A stretch of DNA of 54,129 bases, taken from positions 1 to 54,129 of the forward strand of contig CAZJQH010000001.1 of assembly GCA_964547895.1 (NCBI GenBank), written 5' to 3'. The position numbers and the translations under genes were made by a program. This document shows, one piece after another, positions 13,976 through 23,633 of the stretch. This stretch comes from an uncultured Chitinophaga sp. Lineage in GTDB: Bacteria; Pseudomonadota; Gammaproteobacteria; Burkholderiales; Burkholderiaceae_C. The notes under the pieces were generated by a model that did no database searches, was not told the origin of the DNA, and was given only the letters and a program-made list of their open reading frames with translations. Every line of letters begins with the position of its first letter. Position 1 is the stretch's first letter.

Positions 13976-15006
13976 TGGCCAGCCAGCACTTTGCAAGCGA
14001 CAACTACGCCGGCATCTGCCCGGAGGCCATGACGGCCTTTGCTGCGGCCAATGCCGGCCACGCCCCCGCCTACGGCGAGGATGACTGGACCCGCAAGGTC
14101 TCCGACCGGCTGCGCGAACTGTTCGAGACCGACTGCGACGTCTATTTCGTCTTCAACGGCACAGCAGCCAACTCGCTAGCGCTGGCGGCCCTGTGCCAGA
14201 GCTACCACAGCGTGGTCTGCCACGAGCTCGCCCATATCGAGACCGACGAGTGCGGCGGGCCGGAGTTCTTCTCCAACGGCTCCAAGCTGCTGCCCGCCCG
14301 GGGCGAGAACGGCAAGCTGACGCCGGACGCCGTGCTCGAGGTGATCTCGCGCCGCAGCGACATCCACTATCCCAAGCCGCGCGTGGTCACCCTGACCCAG
14401 AGCACCGAGGTCGGTACCGTCTACCAGCCGCAGCAGGTCGCCGCGATCGCCGACTGCGCGCGCCAGCATGGCCTGCGGGTGCACATGGACGGGGCCCGCT
14501 TCGCCAACGCGGTGGCTTCGCTCGGCGTCGCGCCGGCCGACATCACCTGGCGCGCCGGCGTGGACGTGCTCTGCTTCGGCGGCACCAAGATGGGACTGCC
14601 GGTGGGCGAGGCGGTGGTGTTCTTCGACCGCAAGCTGTCGGAGGATTTCGCCTACCGCTGCAAGCAGGCCGGCCAGCTGGCGTCGAAGATGCGCTTCCTG
14701 TCGGCGCCCTGGCTGGGCCTGCTGGAAGACAATGCCTGGCTGCGCCACGCCGGCCACGCCAACGCGATGGCGCAGCGGCTGGCGGCAGGACTGGGCGAGA
14801 TCGACGGGGCCAGGCTGATGTTCCCGGTCGAGTCCAACGGCGTGTTCTGCGAATTGCCGCCCGCCGTGCTGGCAGGCCTGCGCCAGCGCGGCTGGCGCTT
14901 CTACACCTTCATCGGCGCCGGCGGCGCGCGCTTCATGTGCGGCTGGGACACCCGGCCGGAAAGCGTGGACGCGCTGCTCGCCGACATCCAGGCCCTGAGC
15001 GCCTGA
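13975..15006 (+). CDS. ltaE: Low-specificity L-threonine aldolase (PLP)
   Basis: FASDNYAG, FVFNGTAANSLAL, HIETDECG, HMDGARFANA, FGGTKMG; TGATG coupling to sstT. Confidence 0.9.
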   Translation: MASQHFASDNYAGICPEAMTAFAAANAGHAPAYGEDDWTRKVSDRLRELFETDCDVYFVFNGTAANSLALAALCQSYHSVVCHELAHIETDECGGPEFFSNGSKLLPARGENGKLTPDAVLEVISRRSDIHYPKPRVVTLTQSTEVGTVYQPQQVAAIADCARQHGLRVHMDGARFANAVASLGVAPADITWRAGVDVLCFGGTKMGLPVGEAVVFFDRKLSEDFAYRCKQAGQLASKMRFLSAPWLGLLEDNAWLRHAGHANAMAQRLAAGLGEIDGARLMFPVESNGVFCELPPAVLAGLRQRGWRFYTFIGAGGARFMCGWDTRPESVDALLADIQALSA

Positions 15007-15058
15007 GATCTAGGCGGGCCCGGGCCCGCCTGGTCAAGCTTGCAGCGCCGGCAGCGGC

Positions 15059-15583
15059 TTAGAACGGCACGTCATCGTCCATGTCGTCGAAGCCGCTGTT
15101 GGCCGGTGCCGGGGCGGGTGCCGGACGCGGCGCCGGAGCCTGGCGCGGTGCCATCGCCGGACGCGCTGCCGCCGGAGCCGCGGCACGCGGCGCGTAGGCG
15201 GGGGCACTGCCGCCCTCGTCCATGCCGCCACCCTGGCCGCCCATGCCCTGGCGGCTGCCCAGCATCTGCATCTGGTCGGCGCGGATCTCGGTGCTGTACT
15301 TCTCGACGCCCGACTGGTCGGTCCACTTGCGGGTGCGCAGCGAGCCCTCGACGTAGACCTGCGAGCCCTTGCGCAGGTACTGGCCGGCGATCTCGGCCAG
15401 GCGGCCGTTGAAGACCACGCGGTGCCACTCGGTCGCTTCCCTCATCTCGCCAGTCTGCTTGTCCTTCCAGCGATCCGTCGTGGCCACGGTGACGTTGGCC
15501 ACCTGGTCGCCGTTGGGGAAGGAGCGCATCTCGGGGTCGCGGCCCAGGTTGCCGACGATGATGACTTTGTTGACGGATGCCAT
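15059..15583 (-). CDS. ssb: Single-stranded DNA-binding protein
   Basis: [18 protein letters not shown]...TEWHRVVF...[19 protein letters not shown]; acidic tail DDMDDDVPF. Confidence 0.99.
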   Translation of the reverse strand: MASVNKVIIVGNLGRDPEMRSFPNGDQVANVTVATTDRWKDKQTGEMREATEWHRVVFNGRLAEIAGQYLRKGSQVYVEGSLRTRKWTDQSGVEKYSTEIRADQMQMLGSRQGMGGQGGGMDEGGSAPAYAPRAAAPAAARPAMAPRQAPAPRPAPAPAPANSGFDDMDDDVPF

Positions 15584-15904
15584 GTGTGGGACCTCTCTAA
15601 GCAGTGTTCAGGGCTGGCATTGTGCAGCATTTGAAACGGCTGCAACAGACCACCCGGGCCGCTGATCGGCATCAGGGTTTTCCCGCACTGAAAGTTTTTA
15701 CCGGCGTCAGCAAAAAAAAGCGTTTGCTGCCCAGCCTGCAGCTGCCGAGAATCCGCCCCACGCAATTCCTGACGCAGCAGTGACTCCAGGACCCGCAGGT
15801 GCTGGAAGGCGCTGCCGACTGACCAGAAAACCAGACCACAGCAGTCGATCGAAGGGCCAAGGATCACCGGGCCGCGTCAGAGGCAGATCAAAGGAAAAAA
15901 CTAC

Positions 15905-17608
15905 ATGAGTCTTGGCATACAAGCATTGCTGGCGTTCACCCCGATCGCCTTGTCCGGCGTCCTGCTGCTCGGCCTCGGCTGGTCGGCCAAGCGGGCCATG
16001 CCGCTGGTCTATCTGGTCACCGCGCTGATCGCGCTGACAAGCTGGGGCGTCAGCTTCAACCGCGTCGCCGCCGCGACGATCGAGGGCCTGATCATCACGG
16101 TGCAGGTGCTGTGGATCATCTTTGGCGCGCTGCTGCTGCTCAACACGCTCAAGCATTCCGGCGGCATTGCCAGCATCCGCAGCGGCTTCACCCGCATCAC
16201 GCCGGACCGCCGCATCCAGGCCATCCTGATCGCCTGGCTGTTCGGCTGTTTCATCGAGGGCGCCTCCGGCTTTGGCACGCCGGCCGCCGTGGCCGGTCCG
16301 CTGATGGTGGCGGTCGGCTTCCCGGCCCTGTCGGCGGTGCTGTTCGGCATGGTGATCCAGTCCTCCCCGGTGTCGTTTGGCGCCGTCGGCACCCCGCTGC
16401 TGGTGGGCGTGCAGGGCGGCCTCGAGCGCGAAGCCATGACGGGCCTGCTGCAGTCGCAAGGCCTGCAGTGGGGCGACTTCTTCCAGCTGCTGGTGGAGCG
16501 GGTCGCGCTGGGCCATGCGATCGCGGGCACCCTGATCCCGGTGTTCCTGGTCATGTTCATGACCCGCTTCTTCGGTCGCAACCGCTCCTGGGCCGAGGCC
16601 TTGCCGGCGCTGCCGTTCGCGCTGTTCGCGGCCTTTGCCTTCACCGTGCCCTACACCCTGGCAGCCTTCCTGCTGGGCCCGGAGTTCCCGTCGGTGATCG
16701 GCGGACTGGTGGGCCTGGCCATCACGACCCTGGCCGCGCGCTCGGGCTTCCTGATGCCCAGGAAAAGCTGGGACTTTGCCGATGCCAGGGAATGGCCGGC
16801 CGAGTGGATGGGCAATCTCGAGATGAAGCTCGACGGCATCACCACCCGCTCGATCCCGACCTGGCTGGCCTGGCTGCCCTACGGCCTGCTGGCCCTGACC
16901 CTGGTGCTGAGCCGGACCCTCCCCTCGTTCAAGAGCTGGCTGCAGTCCTACAGCTTCGGCCTGCGTGACATCCTGGGCGAGACCGGCGTCAGCAGCATGA
17001 TCCAGCCACTCTACCTGCCCGGTGGCATCATGGTGTTCGTCTGCCTGCTGACCCTGCTGCTGCATCGCGCCCGGCTGGGCGACTTTGCCCAGGCGGCCCG
17101 CGAGTCCAGCGGCACCCTGCTGGGCGCCGGCTTCGTGCTGATCTTCACCGTGCCGATGGTGCGCATCATGATCCTGTCCGGCGTCAATGCCAACGAGATG
17201 GCCAGCATGCCGATCACCATGGCGCGCTGGGTGGCGGGCGCGGTGGGCGACATCTATCCGCTGTTCGCCCCGACCGTGGGCGCGCTGGGCGCCTTCCTGG
17301 CCGGCTCGAACACGGTCTCCAACCTGATGCTGAGCCAGTACCAGTACAGCGTGGCGCAGCTGCTGGGCGTCAGTGGCGCCTCGATGGTGGCGGCGCAATC
17401 GATCGGCGCCGCGGCCGGCAACATGATCGCCATCCACAACGTGGTCGCGGCCTCTGCCACCGTCGGCCTGATGGGCCGCGAGGGACAGATCCTGCGTCGC
17501 ACCGCCATCCCGACGCTGTACTACGTGACGCTGGTCGGGGTGCTGACCATGATCTCGATGCATGTGCTGGGCTGGACTGATCCGCTGGTCGGCGTCAAAC
17601 TGCCCTGA
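15905..17608 (+). CDS. lldP: L-lactate permease (LctP/LldP family)
   Basis: [68 protein letters not shown]. Confidence 0.92.
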   Translation: MSLGIQALLAFTPIALSGVLLLGLGWSAKRAMPLVYLVTALIALTSWGVSFNRVAAATIEGLIITVQVLWIIFGALLLLNTLKHSGGIASIRSGFTRITPDRRIQAILIAWLFGCFIEGASGFGTPAAVAGPLMVAVGFPALSAVLFGMVIQSSPVSFGAVGTPLLVGVQGGLEREAMTGLLQSQGLQWGDFFQLLVERVALGHAIAGTLIPVFLVMFMTRFFGRNRSWAEALPALPFALFAAFAFTVPYTLAAFLLGPEFPSVIGGLVGLAITTLAARSGFLMPRKSWDFADAREWPAEWMGNLEMKLDGITTRSIPTWLAWLPYGLLALTLVLSRTLPSFKSWLQSYSFGLRDILGETGVSSMIQPLYLPGGIMVFVCLLTLLLHRARLGDFAQAARESSGTLLGAGFVLIFTVPMVRIMILSGVNANEMASMPITMARWVAGAVGDIYPLFAPTVGALGAFLAGSNTVSNLMLSQYQYSVAQLLGVSGASMVAAQSIGAAAGNMIAIHNVVAASATVGLMGREGQILRRTAIPTLYYVTLVGVLTMISMHVLGWTDPLVGVKLP

Positions 17609-17653
17609 ACGCGCGTGAACCTAGCTTTCCAGTCATCTGAAGGAGCTGAGAAG

Positions 17654-18442
17654 ATGAGCCATCCTCCCGCCAAAACCTCCGGCCGCCAGTCCCCGCGGGT
17701 GGCGCTGTTCGTGACCTGCCTGGTCGACACGATGCGGCCCAATGTCGGCTTCTCGGCGCTGCAGCTGCTGGAGGAAGCCGGCTGCCAGGTCGAGGTGCCA
17801 GCCGAGCAGACCTGCTGCGGCCAGCCCGCCTTCAACAGCGGCGACAGCCGCGACACGGCCAGGCTGGCGCGGCGCTTCATCGAGATCTTCGAGCCCTACG
17901 ACTATGTGGTGGCGCCATCGGGCTCCTGCATCGGCATGGTCAAGGCACATTACCCCGAGGCGCTGGCCGATGACCCGGCCTGGGCCGAGCGCGCCCGTCG
18001 CCTGGCCGAGCGCTGCTTCGAGCTGACCAGCTTCCTGGTCGACGTGATGGACTACCGGCCCCAGGGTCGCGCCTTCCCGGCCACGGCCACCTACCACGAC
18101 AGCTGCTCCGGCCTGCGCGAGCTCGGCGTCTTTGCCCAGCCGCGCCAGCTGCTGTCAGCGGTAGACCAGCTGGAGATGGTGCCGCTGGAAGGCAACGATG
18201 TCTGCTGCGGCTTTGGCGGCACCTTCTGCGTCAAGTACCCGGCGATCTCCAATGCCATCGTGGGAGAAAAGGCTGCCGCCATCGAGCGCACCGGGGCCCA
18301 GGTGCTGCTCGGCGGCGACCTCGGCTGCCTGCTGAACATGGCCGGCAAGCTGCAGCGCCAGGGCCTGCCGGTACGCGTCTTCCATACCGCCGAGGTGCTG
18401 GCCGGCAAGGCCGATCTCCCTCCCGGCGCAGCCAGAAAGTGA
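17654..18442 (+). CDS. lutA: Lactate utilisation protein A (LutA/LldE, CCG domains)
   Basis: VALFVTCLVD, QTCCGQPAFNSG, PSGSC, YHDSCSGLR, CCGFGGTF, DLGCLLNM; RBS AGGAG. Confidence 0.92.
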   Translation: MSHPPAKTSGRQSPRVALFVTCLVDTMRPNVGFSALQLLEEAGCQVEVPAEQTCCGQPAFNSGDSRDTARLARRFIEIFEPYDYVVAPSGSCIGMVKAHYPEALADDPAWAERARRLAERCFELTSFLVDVMDYRPQGRAFPATATYHDSCSGLRELGVFAQPRQLLSAVDQLEMVPLEGNDVCCGFGGTFCVKYPAISNAIVGEKAAAIERTGAQVLLGGDLGCLLNMAGKLQRQGLPVRVFHTAEVLAGKADLPPGAARK

Positions 18443-18449
18443 GGACCCG

Positions 18450-19865
18450 ATGCAGACCTCGGTGATTTCCTTCCATGACCGGGCCCAGGCGGCACTGGAC
18501 GACCCGACGCTGAAGATCGCGATCGACCGCACCACCGGCAATGCCGAGAAGAAGCGCGCCGCAGCCGTGGCCGCCTTCCCGCAGTTCGAGGCCGGGCGCG
18601 ACCTGGGCCAGCGCATCAAGGACCATGTGGTGGCCAACCTGGACCACTACCTGCTCGAGTTCGAGCGCAACGCCACCGCCTCGGGCGCCAAGGTGCACTG
18701 GGCCGCGACGGCCGAAGAGGCCTCGCGCATCGTGGTCGACCTGTGCAAGCAGGCGAATGCCAAGCGGGTGACCCGGGTCAAGTCGATGCTGGGCGAGGAG
18801 ATCGGCCTGCCGCATGCCTTGGACGAGGCCGGCTTCGAGCGCTACGAGACCGACCTGGCCGAGCACATCGTGCAGCTGGCCGGCGACCGGCCCTCGCACA
18901 TCATCTGGCCGTCGATGCACCGCACCCGCGAGCAGGTGTCGGCGCTGTTCAAGCAGTCGCACCAGCAGCCGCACACCGAGGAGACCATCGAGGCGATGGT
19001 CGAGAGCGCGCGCCGCGAGCTGCGCGACAAGTTCCTGAGCGCCGACGTGGCGATCTCGGGCGCCAACTTCCTGCTGGCCGACACCGGCGCGACCTGCACC
19101 GTGACCAACGAGGGCAATGCCGAGCTGACCACCTCGCCGCCGCGCGTGCACATCGTCACCGCCGGCATCGAGAAGCTGGTGCCCAGCCTGTCGCACGCCT
19201 TTGCCATGCTGCGGCTGCTGGTGCGCTCGGCCACCGGCGCCGAGGTCACCCAGTACACCACCTTCCACTGCGGCCCCCGGCGGCCCGGCGACCTGGACGG
19301 CCCGGAGGAGTTCCACATCGTGCTGGTCGACAACGGGCGCAGCAAGATGCTGGCCGATGCCAGCCTGCGCGAGATGCTGCGCTGCATCCGCTGCGGCGCC
19401 TGCATGAACCACTGCGTGGTGTTCCGCCAGCTCGGCGGCCATGCCTACGGCGGCACCTATCCCGGCCCGATGGGCGCCGTGCTGACCCCGGTCTTCGACG
19501 GCCTGGAGCAGTCGCGCGACCTGGCCCATGCCTGCACGCTGAACGGCAAATGCCAGGAGGTCTGCCCGGTCAAGATTCCGCTGCCGACCCTGCTGCGCGG
19601 CTGGCGCGACCGCTCCTGGCGCGACGGGCTGGAGCCGACCACGACCCGGATCGGGCTCGGCCTGTTCACCTTCGTCGCCTCGCGGCCCTGGCTGTACCGG
19701 CTCGGCCAGGGCCTGGCGCTGCGCGCCATGCGCCTGTTCGGCCGCAATGGCTGGATCAGCCGCATGCCCGGCCTGGGCGCCTGGACCCGGCACCGCGACT
19801 TCCCGGTCCCCGAGGCCAGCAGCTTCATGGCCCAGTACCAGCGCCGCAAAGGACAATCCTCATGA
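18450..19865 (+). CDS. lutB: Lactate utilisation protein B (LutB/LldF, Fe-S)
   Basis: KSMLGEEIG, ETDLAE, VTNEGNA, LVDNGRS, CIRCGACMNHC, YPGPMGAVL, CQEVCPVKIP. Confidence 0.93.
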   Translation: MQTSVISFHDRAQAALDDPTLKIAIDRTTGNAEKKRAAAVAAFPQFEAGRDLGQRIKDHVVANLDHYLLEFERNATASGAKVHWAATAEEASRIVVDLCKQANAKRVTRVKSMLGEEIGLPHALDEAGFERYETDLAEHIVQLAGDRPSHIIWPSMHRTREQVSALFKQSHQQPHTEETIEAMVESARRELRDKFLSADVAISGANFLLADTGATCTVTNEGNAELTTSPPRVHIVTAGIEKLVPSLSHAFAMLRLLVRSATGAEVTQYTTFHCGPRRPGDLDGPEEFHIVLVDNGRSKMLADASLREMLRCIRCGACMNHCVVFRQLGGHAYGGTYPGPMGAVLTPVFDGLEQSRDLAHACTLNGKCQEVCPVKIPLPTLLRGWRDRSWRDGLEPTTTRIGLGLFTFVASRPWLYRLGQGLALRAMRLFGRNGWISRMPGLGAWTRHRDFPVPEASSFMAQYQRRKGQSS

Positions 19866-20518
19866 GCAATACCCGCGAAGCCATCCTGAACCAGGTCCGC
19901 GCCGCCCTGGGCCATCGCAGCGTCGACGCCGCCAGCGTGCGCAGCGCGGCGCAGGCCCTGCTGGCAGACCCCGCCGCCACCCGCCCCGCGCCCGGAGCGG
20001 GCAGCCTGGCCGACCGCTTCATCGAGAAAGTCACCTCGCCGCGGGTGGCGGCCACGGTGACGCGGCTGTCAGCGATGGCAGAAGTGCCGGCGGCGGTGAG
20101 CGACTACCTGCAGGCCAGGGGCCTGCCGCGGTCGATCGCGCTGCAGCCGAACGAGGCGCTGCGCGCGCTGGACTGGTCGACCTTCGAGGTGCACGAGACG
20201 GTGGCGGCCAAGGAGCCGGTGGCCGTCGGCATCGCGCGCTGGGGCATCGCCGAGACCGGCTCGCTGGTGTTCCATTCGGGGCCGGACCTCGCCGTGCTGG
20301 GCAACTTCCTGCCGCTGCACCACCTGGTGGTACTGCCGGGCGACAAGCTGCTGCCCTACCTGGACGACTACGCCGAGCTGGTGGCGGGCCAACCGATGCC
20401 GCGCAACCTGAACCTGATCACCGGTGCCAGCGGCACCACAGACATCGAGGGCAGCCTGGTGCTGGGCGCGCACGGCCCCCGCTACCTGCATGTGCTGGTG
20501 GTGGATAGCCAGGCCTGA
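19862..20518 (+). CDS. lutC: Lactate utilisation protein C (LutC/LldG)
   Basis: ATG 19862 overlapping the lutB stop; GIAETGSLV, ITGASGTTDIEGSLVLGAHGP. Confidence 0.9.
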   Translation: MSNTREAILNQVRAALGHRSVDAASVRSAAQALLADPAATRPAPGAGSLADRFIEKVTSPRVAATVTRLSAMAEVPAAVSDYLQARGLPRSIALQPNEALRALDWSTFEVHETVAAKEPVAVGIARWGIAETGSLVFHSGPDLAVLGNFLPLHHLVVLPGDKLLPYLDDYAELVAGQPMPRNLNLITGASGTTDIEGSLVLGAHGPRYLHVLVVDSQA

Positions 20519-20542
20519 GCCCAAGGCCAGCTGCGGCCCGGT

Positions 20543-21412
20543 TCAGTCGAAGGTGGTGCGCAGCCAGTCGAGGAAGGCGTCGACTTCGGGCCGCTGCGCC
20601 GCCTCGCGGTTGACCAGCGCGTAGTAGGTGCTTTCAGACGCGACCGCGACATCGAACAGGGCCACCAGCTGCCCGCTTTCCTGCCAGCGCTGCGCCACCC
20701 GCGCCGGACAGATCGCCACGCCCAGGCCGCTGGCCGCGGCCTCGAGCAGGAAGCCCAGGTCGGTGAACGATGCCCCGCGGACGGGCTCGCGCGGCTCGAG
20801 GCCGGCCGCCACCATCCAGGGCTGCCAGGGCACCAGCGGCGAGCGCAGCAGCTCGGCCTGGGCCAGGTCGGCCGGGCAGCCCAGGGGGCGGCGGGACAGA
20901 TAGCCCGGCGCGGCCAGCACCAGCAGCTGGTCGTCAAACAGCTTGATCGAGAGCCGGTCATCGAACGGCTCCTTGCCAAAGCGGATGTCGACATCATGGC
21001 GCTCGGGCTTGTCCTGCATCGGCGCGGCCACGATCAGCTGGATGTCGATGTCGGGCCACTGCTGGTAGAACTCGGGCAGGCGCGGGATCAGCAGGTTGCG
21101 CGCGAAGGTCGGCGGCGAGCCGACCGTCAGCCGCATGCCCTGGGTCTCGGTGCTGAACAGCTGCGCCAGCTTGTCGAAGGCTTCGCGCACGCCCTGCAGC
21201 GTGCGCTGCCCGGCCGGGGTCAGGCGCACGCCGGTCGGCGAGCGCTCGAACAGCTGCTCGCCGAGCAGCGACTCGAGCTGCCGGATCCGGTGGCTGACCG
21301 CGCTGGGCGTGATGCACAGCTCGGCCGCCGCCTGGGCGAAGCCGCCAAGCCGGGCCGCGCTCTCGAAGGCGGCCAGGGTGTGGATGGGAGGAAGGCGGTT
21401 CAGGCGGGCCAT
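20543..21412 (-). CDS. LysR-family regulator, GcvA-like
   Basis: RLPPIHTLAAFESAARLGGFAQAAAELCITPSAVSHRIRQLE; start ATG 21412. Confidence 0.92.
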   Translation of the reverse strand: MARLNRLPPIHTLAAFESAARLGGFAQAAAELCITPSAVSHRIRQLESLLGEQLFERSPTGVRLTPAGQRTLQGVREAFDKLAQLFSTETQGMRLTVGSPPTFARNLLIPRLPEFYQQWPDIDIQLIVAAPMQDKPERHDVDIRFGKEPFDDRLSIKLFDDQLLVLAAPGYLSRRPLGCPADLAQAELLRSPLVPWQPWMVAAGLEPREPVRGASFTDLGFLLEAAASGLGVAICPARVAQRWQESGQLVALFDVAVASESTYYALVNREAAQRPEVDAFLDWLRTTFD

Positions 21413-21420
21413 GGCTGCTC

Positions 21421-22329
21421 TTACTGCAGGCCGTTGCGGCGCGCCAGCTCGACGAACAGCGCCGACTGGTCGAGCTCGCCCAGGCCATGCGCGACGCCAT
21501 CGGCATAGAGCCGCTCGAACAGGCCGGTGACCGGCGCGTCGAAGCCGAGCTCGGCGGCGGTCGCCAGCGCGTTGCGCATGTCCTTGAGCTGGACCTGCAT
21601 CGAGCCGCGCTTGGCGAAGTCGCGCCCGACCATGCGCTCGCCATGCACCTGCAGGATGCGGCTGTCGGCAAAGCCGCCCGTGATCGCCTCGCGCACCCTG
21701 GCCGGATCGGCGCCGCCCTGCTGGCACAGCAGCAGCGCCTCGGCCACCGCGCCGATGGTGATACCGACGATCATCTGGTTGGCCAGCTTGGCGAGCTGGC
21801 CGGCGCCATGCGGGCCGACCTGGGTGGCGCGCCCCAGCACGGCAAGGACCGGCGCGGCACGCGCAAAGTCGGCTGGATCGCCACCTGCCATGATGGCCAG
21901 CGTGCCCTGCTCGGCGCCCAGCGTGCCGCCCGAGACTGGCGCGTCGAGGTGGCGCAAGCCCATGGCCTCGAGCCGGCTGGCGTGCTCGCGCGCCTGCGAA
22001 GGCATGATGGAAGACATGTCGACCAGCAGCGCGCCCGGCGTCATCGTGGCCGCTGCGCCCTGTGCGAACAGCACGTCGGCGACCGCCGCGCCGTCGGTCA
22101 GCAGCGTGATGACGAACTCGGCGCCAGCCACCGCCTCGGCCGGACTGGCGGCCACGCGTGCGCCATCCTCCAGTAGCCGCTCGGCCTTGCGGCGGTCACG
22201 GTTCCAGACGCTGACGGCATGGCCGGCCTGGCACAGGCGACGCGCCATCGGGTAGCCCATCATGCCGATGCCGAGCACGGCGATGCGCAGGCTCTCGGGC
22301 TGGCGGGAGAGGTCGGCCAAGGGTTCCAT
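21421..22329 (-). CDS. Beta-hydroxyacid dehydrogenase (2-hydroxy-3-oxopropionate reductase / HIBADH family)
   Basis: GIGMMGYPMA, DAPVSGG, GAGQLAKLANQMIVG, GGFADSRIL; exact substrate uncertain. Confidence 0.85.
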   Translation of the reverse strand: MEPLADLSRQPESLRIAVLGIGMMGYPMARRLCQAGHAVSVWNRDRRKAERLLEDGARVAASPAEAVAGAEFVITLLTDGAAVADVLFAQGAAATMTPGALLVDMSSIMPSQAREHASRLEAMGLRHLDAPVSGGTLGAEQGTLAIMAGGDPADFARAAPVLAVLGRATQVGPHGAGQLAKLANQMIVGITIGAVAEALLLCQQGGADPARVREAITGGFADSRILQVHGERMVGRDFAKRGSMQVQLKDMRNALATAAELGFDAPVTGLFERLYADGVAHGLGELDQSALFVELARRNGLQ

Positions 22330-22374
22330 CGCGGGTCCTGCTGGGGTGCTCAAGGAAGACGGCAGCGCCGGGGT

Positions 22375-22782
22375 TCAGAGGCCGATGGCGGCGATGCCGG
22401 CCCTGGCGATCTGGGCGTCCTCGCTCGACTTGACGCCGCTGACGCCGACCGCGCCGATGCACTGGCCGTCCTTCATGATCGGCACCCCGCCCTCGAGCAT
22501 GGCCTGCAGGCCCGGCACGCTCAGGAAGGCGGTGCGGCCGCCGTTGATGACGTCCTCGTAGGACTTGGACTCGCGCCGCCCCAGCGCGGCGGTATTGGCC
22601 TTGGCCGGCGCGATCTGGGCCGAGATCGCCGCCGCGCCGTCGAGTCGCTGCAGCCAGAGCAGATGGCCGCCGTCATCGACGATGGCGATCGTCACCGCCC
22701 AGTTGTTCTGCAAGGCTTCGGCTTCGGCGGCAGCGGCAATGGCCTTGACGTCGGCGAGTTCGAGCACGGCTTTGGTTTTCAT
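22375..22782 (-). CDS. glcG: GlcG/HbpS-family (heme-binding) protein
   Basis: IAIVDDGGHLL..RLDGA, AKANTAA, GGVPI, GAVGVSG..SEDAQIA. Confidence 0.88.
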   Translation of the reverse strand: MKTKAVLELADVKAIAAAAEAEALQNNWAVTIAIVDDGGHLLWLQRLDGAAAISAQIAPAKANTAALGRRESKSYEDVINGGRTAFLSVPGLQAMLEGGVPIMKDGQCIGAVGVSGVKSSEDAQIARAGIAAIGL

Positions 22783-22914
22783 CGGTTTTCAGGGCTCATG
22801 GCCCGCAGCAAGATGGAGTTTCGAGGCGCGCTGCCAGCATGGCAGGCGCAACAGGCGGTCCTGAGTGTAAGGCGGGATGCCGGCCACGGATACCATGGCG
22901 CCGGCAGGCGTGGG

Positions 22915-23490
22915 TCAATAGGAGGTCGCGGCACGCGCGGCCTGGTCGTAGCGGCCCGACAGGGTGCGCAGCAGCCGGGCGACATCGCCGAGCTGGCGGT
23001 TTTCCTCCGCCGCCCCCGAGAAGCCCGGCATCAGGCAGGCCTCGCGCACGTCGCGGTAGCGCATGCACAGGGCAGCCCCCGCCTCGGTGGTGGAGAAGAA
23101 CACCTCCTTGCCCCGCTTCTGGCTGCGCACATAGCCAGCCGCCATCAGCTTCTTGAGCGAGTAGGACACCACATGGGTGTCCTCGATGTTGAGCACGAAG
23201 CAGATGTCGGCCAGCCGCTTCTCGATGCCGCGGTGGTTGGTGTGGTGCAGCACCAGCACGTCGACCGCTGCCATGTCCTTGACGCCGGCCGCGCCCATGC
23301 AGCGGGTCACCCAGCGGTTGAAGGCGTTGGTGGCGATGATGAGTCCGAACTCGAATTCGGACAGCTCGGGCGATTTTTCCGACACGAGATGGGCTGAGGT
23401 GACGATGCGCTGCGTGTCGAGGGGAGCAGCAGCGCCGGGCGCGGATTGGGCGGGCATCGGTGGACCTGGCGTTGAGTTGAGGAATGCCAC
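22915..23490 (-). CDS. MarR-type winged-helix regulator divergent from the TRAP-pxp operon (start uncertain)
   Basis: ELSEFEFGLI, FNRWVTRCM, LADICFVLNIEDTHVVSYSLKKL, SGRYDQAARAA. Confidence 0.85.
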   Translation of the reverse strand: MAFLNSTPGPPMPAQSAPGAAAPLDTQRIVTSAHLVSEKSPELSEFEFGLIIATNAFNRWVTRCMGAAGVKDMAAVDVLVLHHTNHRGIEKRLADICFVLNIEDTHVVSYSLKKLMAAGYVRSQKRGKEVFFSTTEAGAALCMRYRDVREACLMPGFSGAAEENRQLGDVARLLRTLSGRYDQAARAATSY

Positions 23491-23512
23491 ATCATGTTAA
23501 CAAGCCGACCAG

Positions 23513-23580
23513 ATCAAGGGAAAACCTTGATGACAAAACGTAGACATTTTATTAAGATAGTGATGTCGATATGTTGATAC
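23513..23580. promoter_or_regulatory. AT-rich divergent promoter/operator region
   Basis: ATCAAGG-GAAAA-CCTTGAT palindrome overlapping TTGATGACAAAACGTAGACATTTTATTAAGAT, plus extra TGTCGAT/TGTTGAT half-sites. Confidence 0.7.
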
Positions 23581-23633
23581 GACGCTGACTGGCAGCCGCC
23601 GGACGGCACCCCTCATCGTTAACGGAGTACACC

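Noticed and set aside
13564..15006. N-terminally extended ORFs suggesting fusions (13564-15006, 18743-20518, 20543-21727, 29075-30604, 38051-38818, 39360-41285, 48613-50403)
   Set aside because: The extensions are off-frame read-through of the upstream gene; the real starts are at internal ATGs with an RBS or stop/start coupling
15584..15700. LexA SOS box upstream of ssb
   Set aside because: No CTGT-N8-ACAG found; only a weak TGCAGC-N10-GCTGCA repeat
15815..15842. LldR/GlcC-type operator before lldP (GACCA repeats)
   Set aside because: Only direct half-sites with no TGGT...ACCA palindrome, and no GntR gene in the window
19525..19575. LutB second ferredoxin motif CTLNGKCQEVCP lacks one Cys
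   Set aside because: As I recall, a variant second motif is common in LutB/LldF proteins; not evidence of inactivation
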